Shown: piece after piece, positions 27,151 to 38,699 of the stretch
Layout of the letters: the number at the start of each line of letters is the position of its first letter
Numbering within the stretch: the stretch's first letter is position 1
Origin: Schmidtea nova
Taxonomy: Eukaryota
Direction: 5' to 3'
Length of the DNA: 64,000 bases
NCBI GenBank assembly: GCA_044892505.1
Contig: CM097883.1
Location: 424,328,001-424,392,000, forward strand
Made by a program: the position numbers and the translations under genes
Notes under the pieces: generated by a model
Seen by the model: the letters and a program-made list of their open reading frames with translations, nothing else
The model's database searches: none
Told to the model about the DNA's origin: nothing

Positions 27151-27782
27151 AATATTATTAGTAATAATAAAATACTATTTGATTTTACCAGCTTATCTAG
27201 TGGTAATGGTCCGTTGTTTTTATGGACATGTAAGATGTTATTTGATCGTATATTGTTGTAAATAATTTTGTGAATTTTTTTACCAAGAAAAATGTTTGTC
27301 ATTTGATGTGTTTATTTTTAAAATTTCACACAATATGAGGAAAATTGAGATGTGATTAATATTTTTAATATTGCAATTTTATTGTTATTACTGAACTCTT
27401 TGTTTCGGCATCAATTCGCTGTCAACATAATAAACATAAAATTATTATTTTTGCTTATGTATATTTATTACGTTATAAACATAAACGTAAAGATTTCAAA
27501 TTTGAGTTTAAATGGATGAACTAGAAATAGTTATTATTGTTATTTTAGGTATTTTAATTACGAGGGTTATTATTATATTTGACAATTAAGAAAAATACGA
27601 TTTTGCAGTTTTTTATTAATCAAATATTTCGATAGGAAAGTTATTATTCACAAAATAAGAAATTTAACTAATGTTCCGATATTTCTTATTGACTCTTTAC
27701 TTCTTTTTTTTATTTCACATAGTTTAATTATTTCAAAAAATAATTTTTAAAAATATTTCCTACATTTATTTTGACTTGTATA

Positions 27783-28694
27783 CAGATAAACCAATAAGTT
27801 TTGTCCGGTGAAACATGTATAAATTTCAAAACATCAAAAATGTCAATTATCTGTGTCAGAGAGATGTTCAAAATACGTACCATTATGAAGGACACATCGG
27901 CGCCATCAATCAGGCAGTTTCCTGATTCCATCGGCGAAGAAGTTGCGTGGTTTACTGTCCAACCAAGCGTCCAGAACCACTTGAATTTCATCAACTCCGT
28001 TGAAATCTCTTCCACGAATCGCTGATTTCAAAGAGGAAAACAAATAAAAATAGGATGGTGCGAGGTCTGGGGAGAAAGGGGGATGTGGCAGAACAGTAAA
28101 ATCAATGTCAGTAAGTTTTTGCACAGATTTAGCTACCCTATGGGGTCGTGCATTGTCTTGCAGATAGTGAATTTGATGAAACCCATCACCAAGAAGACGG
28201 CGTCGTTTTTGTTCTATTGCTGTCACCAGATGGCACAGCTGTTCGCAGTAAAAATCGGTAGTGATTGTAATCACACCTTTACAATCCCAAAAGACGGACA
28301 TGAGATGTTTCCTAGGTGAGAGTGTGCGGCAAAATTCCACATCAGGGGCATCACTTGCGCCTCTCCACGAACGGTGGTGATAGGTTTCGTCGTTGTTTCC
28401 AATTGTAGTAGATTAACTCGCGGATATCATCGTGTGCGAAATTCATTTCAAATCGACGTATTCTAATGAAAACAAAGTATTTCAGTAAAACAAGAAATTT
28501 ATTAAAAGTGCTTAATCCATGTAAGACATATCAAAGTTAATAGCAATGTTAAAAATTATTAATAAGTGATTTTTTTTAATTTTACAAATCTACAACATAT
28601 ATAGCATAGACACACAAAGTTGCAGACCTATACACTCATTACAGCATTGGAAAGCTGAGTATGAGCACCGGACAAAACTTATTGGTTTATTCTG
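27783..28694 (-). mobile_element. Internally deleted mariner element
   Basis: ~28-bp TIRs CAGATAAACCAATAAGTTTTGTCCGGTG / CACCGGACAAAACTTATTGGTTTATTCTG with TA flanks. ORF 27906-28340 has SVFWDCKGVI, LQDNARPH and HPPFSPDLAPS. Confidence 0.9.
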
Positions 28695-30199
28695 TACTTC
28701 CAATATGCGTGTGTGTGTTGAGCCCGTACCCTAATGGCTTTGTTTTAACAAAGTGATAACTGAAAATAAATGGCCAAAGGTTATTCGAAAATGTCACAAT
28801 AAGAACCAAAATAGAAAAAGCAATTAATAATAAAAAGAAATTAGAAAATATTTAATAATCAATTGAAATATAGGGGAAATCATAAATAATAATAATCCAG
28901 AAAAATAATTTAATAAATCGGACGAGAACGGCCAAAATAAACAAAAATGAATTTAAATCCTTTAAAGCAACCGAGATGGAGAATAAAATTAATTAAGAAC
29001 AAACAAAGAAAATTTAATTTGACAAATCAAAGCTAAGAAGTCAAATAGAACAAATTAAAAAGAAAATGATAGGCCCAATAAACAAAGAAAGATGACGAAA
29101 TTCGTGGCTGGCAATTCTGATTGGTTGAAAAGCCTTCTCTCGTGCATAAAAACAACAATATAAAAGGGTTTAACAGTCATTCAATGTTTCTTTTAGTTTA
29201 GATCAGAGATGGCAAAACTATGGCACGTATGAAAATTTCGATGGAACTTATCAGCCACGAAAAAATTAAGTAAAACCTCAATATTATGTGTATTCATAAA
29301 TATTTTTTTAATTTTTGAAAAGAAAATGATTGGTACAGAAATTACTTAGGTCTGTCTACAAGTAAAATTGAAAACATAAAAAATTTCAAAAAACAATTTT
29401 TTTAAATTCACACGAAGTGCGTAGTCCGTAGTAATTTAATAAGAATTTTTTGTGCACAATTTTTGTATTTGCAATTTTTTCATTTTTGAATTGTTTCAAA
29501 AGAATTGTAAGTGTTTTTCAAAAATTTTCGGGACTTTACTTATTTGTAATTTAGAAATAATTTATTTCTACAGTAAATACCTCAAATAATATTGATAGTT
29601 AAGTTCGGAAATTATAAAACAGGAATTTTATTTTATTGAAAAATTTGCAGTTAATATGGCTAATGAAAATAAAAAGCAAAAATTATCAGAATCAAACAGG
29701 AGAGAATTTCAAAGTTGATGAAATGAAAAGAATAGAATGATTAATAAGAGCGATAAATCAGTTTGAATTTTATGTTCCGGTACAGTAGTGCGTAGAACGT
29801 CTTCAGTAAAATGTCATTATGAGAGAGTGCATAAATCACTTTCTGAGAAAAGCCGAACCGAACAAAAAGAAATAATTTCTCAAACAATTAAAAATAGAAA
29901 TAATTAGTTATCTTTAATGAAATTTTTCAGTAGTCATTCAAATATAACTGCTACTAGCTTTTTTGCCTCAAGCGCAATTGTCAAGTGTGGTAAATCTTTT
30001 AGTGATGAAGAATATATGAAACAATCATGGTTGAATTGTGCATCAGCTCTATTTGAAAATTTTGAAAATAAAGAAAAAATTATCCAAAGAATAAAAGATG
30101 CCTCTGTCCAGAAACACAGTGAAAGATAGAATTTTACAAATGGCTAAAAAATATAACTCATCGACAAAAATATAAATAAAATCTTGCTATTTAATATCT

Positions 30200-30745
30200 T
30201 TTTTAACTCTTTCTATTAACTTCTAATTTCTGTTTGTTTTCTTGTCAAACTTTGGATCGATTTTTAACCCACTTCCCGATATCCAATCGATCTGAAAATT
30301 TGCGAGCAGACTCGTGATGGCCCACAAATTATTCCATTGAAAAATTTTGAAAAATTTTGAAACAATGTGATTTTTCAATTTACTGTTGCCAAGAAACTAC
30401 CAAACAATGAAACAACAATAAAATTAACCGAGAACATGAGAAAAAGAAAGAGTTACATTAAAAACTTGTTTATATGGGTTCCTTTTTTAATTATTTCTAT
30501 TAACTTCCAATTTCTGTTTGTTTTCTTGTCAAACTTTGGATCGTTTTTTAACCCACTTCCCGATATTCAATCGATCTGAAAATTTGCGAGCAGGCTCGTG
30601 GTGGCCCACAAATTATTCCATTGAAAAATTTTGAAACAATGTGATTTTTTACTTTACTGTTGCCAAGAAACTACCAAACAGTGAAACAACAATAAAATTA
30701 ACCGAGAACATGAGAAAAAGAAAGAGTTACATTAAAAACTTGTTT
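30200..30745. repeat. Tandem dimer of a ~284-bp repeat inserted in a T-run of the hAT (possible Helentron/DINE-1-like non-autonomous element)
   Basis: Near-identical units start at 30211 and 30495. Short subterminal IR TAACTCTTTC / GAAAGAGTTA. The superfamily assignment is inference. Confidence 0.6.
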
Positions 30746-31126
30746 TTTGTATTGATGAAAGTACTGATGAAAGTACTGACATAACAGGATCAGCTCGCTT
30801 AGGAATTTTTTCTCCTTATTATGTTGCAAATAAAATTAAGGAAAAATTGATCAGTTTAACATTGTTAGCCACAACCGCAAAAGGAACAGATATTTTCCAA
30901 GCAGTAGTAAATGGACTCGCTCAAAAAAAAATAGATATACACAAAATTGTATCAGTAACTACTGATGGTTCTGGCAATGTGATTGGAGAACACAATGGTT
31001 TTATTAAATTATTCACTGAATGTGTTGACATCCGATTCTTGGGTTTAATTGCATTATACACCAACAAGTTTGATGTGCAAAGGCTGGTTTTAAGTCACTG
31101 GTAAATATTTTGGATCTTGTAGTGAA

Positions 31127-31900
31127 ACTAGTGTTAGGTGGTATGGGTGTTGTTAAAAAAATTATTAACGATTTCTAAAATAAATAAATAAATAACGATT
31201 TCTAATACAACCCATACCGCAACACAAATATCAATCTAGCACATCCGTATACCCCAAGTAACTATGTTGGTACTGTACACGGTGGCGAGAATCTAGTGAG
31301 CAAGTGAGCTCCGTTGCCCAAACTACTTTTCACTATATTCTCTCTTTCGCGTTCTTGCTCCAGATAGAAGGACATACGCATCTGCTTACTTTTCGGTCCT
31401 ATCGCATGATTACCTCTTAACTTTCTATTACCTCCTGCTGTAAATATATACCTTTATTCATCCTCAAAAAACGTTATATATCAATTCAAAAACTGTTCCT
31501 ATCACTTTTTATTCATCCTCAAAACATTATATACCAATTCAAAAAATATTTCTATCAACTTTTATTCATCCAAATATTATTCACCAAAAGCATGAATACT
31601 CTTTGCAATCCTCTTTTCTCCCACCAAATTTGGTTCACAGTTCGCCGCATCGCCCACCTCCCAAAGGAGTTTGTCGTGAAAGACCACTTAGCGCCCATCT
31701 TGTTTCAAGACTATCAGGACGTGTCCTTATGAATTTTACCCCGGATGTTATGAGGGTTTACCCATAAATAAATAAACCAAAACAAATGAATATAAAATTT
31801 AAAACATTTATTAAATACCATTAAAATTCATATAAACTTACAAAATACCATCAAACTATGAATAAACCTAACTAAATCAAATATCTTTTACAAATTAGCA
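31127..31900 (+). mobile_element. Unclassified LTR-like repeat, copy A (contains conserved structured motif at 31266-31370)
   Basis: Interrupts the hAT frame between VVKL and NFISARALNK. Head ACTAGTGTTAGG. Homologous to 47576-47900 and to 51560-51900 (reverse complement). No clear TSD. Confidence 0.65.
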
Positions 31901-32648
31901 ATTAACTTTATATCTGCTCGAGCTTTAAATAAAGGAAAATTTCTTGAATTATTAAAAGAGGTAAGCTCAGTGAACAACGGTTTGCTCGTGTCAACCACAT
32001 TAGATGGTTAAGTCGCTGAAAATTACATAATGATCAGATTATTGAGAAACAAAATCAATTGAAAGACGATGAATGGCTTTCAAAATTAATGTTTTTCACA
32101 GATTTGTGTCTACATTTAAATGAATTAAATGTTAAACTACAAGGCTTCAACAAAATAATAATTGAGATTTTTGATTTAATAAAGGCATTCGAAGCCAAAT
32201 TACAAATCTTCAATCGTGATGTCGTTTCCTAGACCTTTAAAAAGTATTCAACACGTAAAGAATTCTTTTCAGATTTAGATTCAAATGAAAAGCTACATCA
32301 AGCCAATTTTAAACAGAAACTTTCTACAGTTATTCAGTCAATAAGTAATGAATTTTCTCTAAGGTTTCAACAGTTTCGACAATTGGCAGGAACAACAAAA
32401 TTTATTTTATATCCAGGCACAATATCAGCAGAAAAATTTAATTTGGATATTTTCTAGTGGTTGAATTTAGAAAAAATAGAGATGCAATTAATTGATTTTC
32501 AAAAAAGTTCTATTTGGAAGCAAAGGTTTGTCGAATTGAGAAACAACTTGAAAAAAATTGAAAAGGATCGATTACTGGTCGTAATAACAATAAGCACAGA
32601 AGATGAAATAGTGCAAACTTGGAATTCTAATCCCGAAACTTTCAGCTG

Positions 32649-35307
32649 TGTTGGGCCAGCCAAATAGGGTCTGAAAAGAAATAATTGAAAAAAATATAAA
32701 TAGAAAATAATAATTAAAAATAAATTACCTACGAAGACAATAGACAATATCTGGAATAAAAGAGAAATATCAATAAAACCAATGAAAATAAGATAGATTA
32801 CTAGATAAATCACCGGCGAATGTGGAAAGAGTTGGGGATACCTGAAAAATATAAAATTAGTAAAATATATTGAAAATTACAGCGATGAATGAAAATCACG
32901 GTTAAATCTGTCAGAGATTTTCTTTCGAGGTATGTCATTCTATCAGTGGACAGAGTTATTGACGACGATGACAAAAATAAACAACCGTCAGGTCAACTGG
33001 GAGAATTCGGAAATAGTCCCCGGCAGCCGGCGTGAATTCGAATATTTATCAGTGCATTAAATATTGTTTATGTTAGTAATGACGTGATTATCTGTTCGGT
33101 TGACTTGATAAGCGATATATATATATACCCGGCCTACCAAATGTCTTCAGTCAGACAGTTATTTACATATTGCAGTTTATAATGAACAGTTTATAATGAA
33201 CAGCGATGGGAACAAATGTCACAAACACGCACGCATACTGAATTCCTATAGTGCTGAGAGAGTTAGTACTTCGTTATATTACCTTTCATCTGGATAACAA
33301 GGCGCACTCGTTGAGGCATTGTATCTACCATTTTTGCCAGGAAATCAGGGGAGATGTGTGACCATTCCTCATGCAAATGCGTTTCCAGTTCGGAGACGTT
33401 ACGGGCAATGAGAATTTTTTTGCGAACTCGTTTATTAACGACGTCCCACAGAAACTCAACAGGACTCATATCAGGGCTTTGTGGAATCCAATCCAAAACG
33501 TTGATGCTGTGCTGCAGAAAGAATTCCTTCATAATGTGCAAAGTATGAATTGGTGCATTATCCTATTGGAAAATGAGCCCCTCAATTTCTGGGAGAAAGG
33601 GAAAAAGCTCATTTTCCAGAATGGCATGGTATTCCACTGACGTCATGTGATTTCTGCATTTGACTAGAGGGCCAGTTCCACGAGCTGAGAAAAGACTCCA
33701 AAACATGATGGAGCCTCCTACCTCAAGGTGAAATCGTTCTGCTACACGACGCCAGCAGAATTGTTGTCCATCAGATTTGAAAAGAGTGAAACGTGATTCA
33801 TCACTCCAAATGACTGACCACCATTGTTCTGCTTTCAAACTCCTTCTAATCCCAGCACCACTTCAAGCGATGACGACGAATTGTTTCTGTAAGGCTTCCT
33901 TGCGCAGTATCTGCTATAGAAACCATGAAAATTTAAAGCACGACGAATAGTGGACATGCTGGCATGCATAGGGCTAGTGTTTAATGTAGACACTAACTTG
34001 GACAGGGGGAACTGACGATGAACCATCACAAGTCGTTTCAGCTGCCGTTGTGTACGGATGCTCAGAAGTTTAGGGCGGTCTGAAAGTTGATTAATGACAT
34101 ATGTCTGCTCCTGGCGGTACTTCCTCATGAAGTAGTTAATAGTTTCTTTGGGATGGCCAGTCAATGTAGCAGTTTCACTCTGACTTTTTCCACAAAGATA
34201 ACATCCGTAAATAATGACTTTCTGACAGTCTGTGGGCTTTCTTCGAGTAGCCATATTCTAAGAAAATGACAATCCTTCATTAACATGATTCACTGTTATC
34301 ACTGTTGTGTGTCTGGTGTCAGTAGTCATATACTGTGCGTGTCTGTGTGTGAGAGTGTGTGTGTGCGCATGCGTGCGTGCGTGTGTATATGCATTATGTT
34401 GAAGGTGTTAGTGACCTTTGTTCCCATTACTGTTCATATTTGCATTGCCGATGTTCATTATAAACTGCAATATGTGAATAACTGTCTGACTGGATACTTT
34501 TGGTAGACTGGGGTATCTAAGTAAATGAATGAGGGTTGTAGTTGTACGGTGAATAATAACCGAAGTAATATTAATTTTTTAGGTAAGGAGAAAATAGACT
34601 TAAATTGATTATTATCGTTAACTATCGAATTAGGGGAGATTCGAGTTTTTCGATAAGTTAAATAAGATCCCGGTAGTTTTTCACGTAGACAGAATCAGTA
34701 GTTAAGTCAATAGAGAAAGGGGATCAGGACCCTTTGGATCCGGGTAGATCTAAATTTTTGAGGGCGATTGATAGAACAAAGTACATGGATGTTTTACTTG
34801 CAGATGCAGGAACAACTAGATGATCCTAAAGAAGCTCGACGACTGATCTCCAAACTGAGAAACAGGAACTAATCGCGGATTAAAGGAGCAACAATTGTTG
34901 GACATAATTTATCCTACTGTACTTACATGAATAAATGTATTATTTTGTGATTTAGTTTTGTGGTTGATTTTAATTAAGTTTTGGGCATGACCGAGAGTAC
35001 TTTGTTTGATAAAGTAGTTTAATTAAATTGAATTTTGGGAAAAGTAGTTTAGGTTATATAAAGAGACCAAGTCTACGACAAGATGAAGGTCTTCTATTGA
35101 CCGAATGAACCCGTATGGACAAGAAGGAAATAGTAACCGCCTAGGTTGCTCACCTGCTCTCTTGACATACACATGGTGGGGCAGTACCAACGTGAGGTGC
35201 AATTAGGGGTATCTATTGGGCACCATCGCGGGGTTTAAGATATTTTGTTGGTGGATTTGCCTTAATAAAAACACCAATAAAACTCATTCAATCCATCACA
35301 CACCAGT
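32649..35307 (-). mobile_element. Unclassified LTR-like repeat, copy C (~1.27 kb without the nested Tc1), solo-LTR-like
   Basis: Bounded by direct AGCTG (32644-48 / 35308-12). Removal restores hAT FSCLKK. Ends are TGTTGGG… and …CACACCAGT. Structured motif at 35095-35191 (minus strand). Confidence 0.7.
33128..34513 (-). mobile_element. Tc1-family (DD34E-type) transposon with ~110-bp TIRs; transposase disrupted
   Basis: TA-flanked TIRs (CTACCAAA..CAGTCAGACAGTTATT.ACATATTGCAGTTTATAATGAACA). Transposase 34254->33263: paired-like HTH, VIWSDESRF, GGSIMFWSLFS, FQ*DNAPIH (stop), WIPQSPDMSPVEFLW. Confidence 0.92.
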
Positions 35308-37801
35308 AGCTGTTTAAAAAAAAATTGGAAGGCTTCATTATCAATTATTTCATCAACATATGCTTGTAAATCCTTATTTTCGGTAAAAAATATTATAAAT
35401 AACAAATTCAGAAAAAGATTGAAAGATGAAACTAGTGCAGATTGCCTGTTATTAAAAGTGACAAAATATGAGCCGTATAAAAAGCTTTTGGCATCTAATA
35501 TACAACAGTATCCATCAAATTAATAAAAAATAAATTTAATTTGTATGGTTCTTGTTTTTATTTTTAAATATTTTCTTATTATTTATATATTTTGGAAATA
35601 CTAATGTTATTTGTATATTGTGGAATATGTTACTTTTTATTTTTTTTAATTAAAATGAATAATAAACCATGTTAATTTTGATTAATTTATAAGTTTACTT
35701 TTTCTTATAAACATTATGTGGCACGCTTGCAACGCTGTTACAAATATTTTTGAAGTTTTGACACGCGAAAAAAAAGTTTCGCCATCCCTGGTTTAGATCA
35801 TTTCGTTAAACTTTTCAGTAATTTTTTAACTCATTTTGCAAAGTCAATTGTAGAAGGAAATTTAATCGTTCAATAAGCTTTGAGTAATAGTTCATTTTTC
35901 ATCTTGTTCATGCTTTCCATCAAACTTATACTACCCGTTAAATGGAAAAAAACTGGGACTAACTGGCTCCATTTCTCCTTTTCGAGGTTCTTTGGAGATA
36001 ACTAGGCTCCGTTTGCGGTCAACCACGGTTCAACAAAGGTTCGACAAAAATAAATTCCGATATGGATTATAGGTTAAATTAAATATCTAAAACATATACA
36101 AATCGTAGCGGAAATGTCAACATCACATCTACGTGGAAATATAGGCATAGGAAATGGAAATTTTCAATAGTTAGAATATAACACCGATATAAGCGATTGA
36201 AATATAAAACATATGATCTAGAATTAAATCATAATATTAAGTCATTGAATTAACAAAGATTGGTTTGTTTGTAGTAGTACACTTGTCAGTATATTTGTGT
36301 ATTTTTGCATATATATTGGTAGTGTATTTGTGTTGATATACTTGTTAGCAGATTTGTAAGAGCCCGAAAGAGTCACCAATTGATGTAGGGACAATCGGGA
36401 TGCTTGATGTATGTATCTTGTGATGCGTGTGTTTATGAGTTAGTATTATGAGTTAGTACACGATAACAGTAAAGAACAAAACTAATCAGATTACAAATTG
36501 TATTAAAAAACAAATCAACAATTACTCACAGTATTTAGCTTAGGTTGGTTTAATTGTACGGTTTAGTTTGTTGGATAATATTTCGAATATAATTTTTTGT
36601 ATTTTCTTTGGTTAACTTTTCTATTTCTTTTGGATAATTAACACGGGATTATAATTTTTACTTTGTTGAATTTTCTTAATCAAGTACTAAAAGAATTATA
36701 AAAAATAAATCTTCTAAAAATAGGTTTTGTCTTCTTCAGTACTGGTTTCTCGGCAATTTGAAATATTTATCTTTTTTAATTTATTTCTTGAATTTGTCAG
36801 CTTTTAGGTTAGCCTTGGCAATTTCTTTGGTTTTAGTTTGGATTCCTTTTACTATTTTTTAGTTTTCCAATTTACTTGATTAAATATTAAGTCTTCTAAA
36901 TAGTTGTGTCTTCAAGTTAAATAACAAATCTTCTAGATATTAAATCTCCTAAATTGTCAAATTTTATTTTCCATCGATTTATTTATTTTGTGATTTGGCT
37001 TACTATAGTTATTTACTATGGTAAGCCAAATTCAAATTCATAATTTGAATTTTAATAACTATACGTCTAATTACAAAAATTAAAAAAATTAAAATTAACC
37101 ACGAAGGGGGGAAACATAACCACACAAAATCATGAACATTACACATGATCTAGAATTACATCATAATATTAAGTCATTGAATTAACAAAGGAAAGTTTAG
37201 CAGAGTATGACTCAAAAATATTTGAAATGTAACAAAATAGAAAATTCGTCCATCTGGTAACTGTTTATCAATAAATAAAATCTAATTTAACTTCTCAAAC
37301 AGTTTATATTTACCTGATTCAGCTGACTAAATGAATTCACGGGATAATCAGGCGTAAGAAATCTTCAGTCGTTTGTCTACAAAATTTTTACCTTTTATGT
37401 AGTTCCAGAAAAGCAAACTGGATAAACCTACACTTTCGTAGGAAAGTTCAAGAAAATTTACCAACGTCTCAGTCACCCATCAGCAAGCCATTCCAGAGAA
37501 TTGGATACAGAGAGGATTCCAGCGGATCCGAAATGGGGATCAGCTGCAAAAAACGGATACCAAGGGACTCCTAGCCACCACATCCATATTGGAACACAAA
37601 CTTATTGTGTATATACATTCAAATAAAAATCGAACTAATCCAGATTCTAGCGAAACTTCATCACGGATTAAGCTCCCTACTAGAACCCATCTCAAGGAAC
37701 AAATCCGATACATCATCCAATACAATACAAACAATTGTAATAAGATAAGTTAAAGAAATTCAAGCTTCCATAATTAACAAATTTGAAACCCTTAAAATAT
37801 A

Positions 37802-38001
37802 AAAGATGAACGTTTTTCGTTAGCATTAGTTGAATGGACACGAAATAGGTGATGTCTAAATGTAAGTGTTCTCTCGAAAAATCATGTTTGGAACATAGGC
37901 TTTGTTAGAAAAAATGGATCACTGCCAGCCAAAAAGTGTGTAGAATTTCCTGTTATTACAATGGAAACAAATAATTTATGTCTAGAGAAGGATATAGTTT
38001 C
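37802..38001 (+). pseudogene. hAT (Ac/ZBED-like) transposase fragment, part upstream of the Gypsy insertion
   Basis: RFSLALVEWTRNR*CLNVSV…WNIGFVRKNGSLPAKKCVE…LCLEKDIVS reads on in frame across the empty site into 42555-42762. Confidence 0.7.
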
Positions 38002-38132
38002 AGTAACTATCTTAATATCTGACATCAAAAATAAACAATTTAACAATTGAAAAACTTAATATTTATTTTTAAAAACAACTCCTTCTTGTTGATTATTTAA
38101 ACAACTTGTTTTTTAATAATCATTACATTACT
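38002..38132 (-). repeat. 3' LTR (131 bp, AGT…ACT)
   Basis: Identical to 42419-42549 by direct comparison. Confidence 0.96.
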
Positions 38133-38143
38133 TTCCCCTCCTC
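38133..38143 (-). promoter_or_regulatory. Polypurine tract GAGGAGGGGAA
   Basis: Immediately 5' of the 3' LTR on the minus strand, overlapping the integrase stop codon. Confidence 0.85.
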
Positions 38144-38699
38144 AACTTTGATGCCATCTCTTCAGCCATTCTATCCGTCTCGGTCGTCTAGCATCCGGAA
38201 ATTGTAGCTCGACCTGGTGTTCCGACAAAAATCTAACAATCTTATATGGTCCATCGTATTGTATGTCATTCTTATTCCTTCTGTGTGGCTCCCGTCGAAC
38301 CAATACTTCCTCCCCCACTTCAAAAGAACGTTTACCTCTTCGATCTTTTTCTAAAATTCTCATTCTATCTGCCGCTAGCTTAGCATTCTGAACCACTTTT
38401 TCGTCAACTCTTTGGCCTTTGATCTCCGATCCTTGTCCATTGGCATGAAGTGACACTTTCCGTCCATACACAATCTCAAATGGAGAATATTTAGTTGCGC
38501 TTTGGAACGTCGCATTGATGCTGAATTCCACCCTTGGAAGTATCTCGCACCATTCATATCGCCTGTTGTTACTAAGAATTGAAGTCACCAGTAGATCTCT
38601 CATCGTGCGAATTACTCTTTCTACCAATCCATTTGATTGATGTTGATATGGTGCTGAGAATTCTTGACGAATCCCTAAAACTTCGAATTTCTCTTTCAT
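38142..38699 (-). CDS. Gypsy integrase C-terminal part (catalytic E, GPY motif), separated from pol by a 1-nt frameshift
   Basis: SAPYQHQSNGLVERVIRTMR, SPFEIVYG, YDGPYKIV. Confidence 0.9.
   Translation of the reverse strand: MKEKFEVLGIRQEFSAPYQHQSNGLVERVIRTMRDLLVTSILSNNRRYEWCEILPRVEFSINATFQSATKYSPFEIVYGRKVSLHANGQGSEIKGQRVDEKVVQNAKLAADRMRILEKDRRGKRSFEVGEEVLVRREPHRRNKNDIQYDGPYKIVRFLSEHQVELQFPDARRPRRIEWLKRWHQS

Larger units (their letters stand above)
29204..35790 (+). mobile_element. hAT transposon (Charlie/SPIN/GTF2IRD2-like transposase), degenerate, carrying nested insertions
   Basis: TIR CAGAGATGGCAAAACT / AGTTTCGCCATCCCTG and perfect 8-bp TSD GTTTAGAT. Transposase pieces: CGKSFSDEEYMKQ, CIDESTD, SVTTDGS, ARALNK, KLMFFTDLCLHLNELNVKLQG, SSTYACKSLFS. 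Confidence 0.92.

Noticed and set aside
11831-27302. ORFs with (IY)n, poly-I, poly-Y or poly-L (11831, 17249, 26959-27302; also 58803)
   Set aside because: They are translations of (AT)n and (ATT)n microsatellites.
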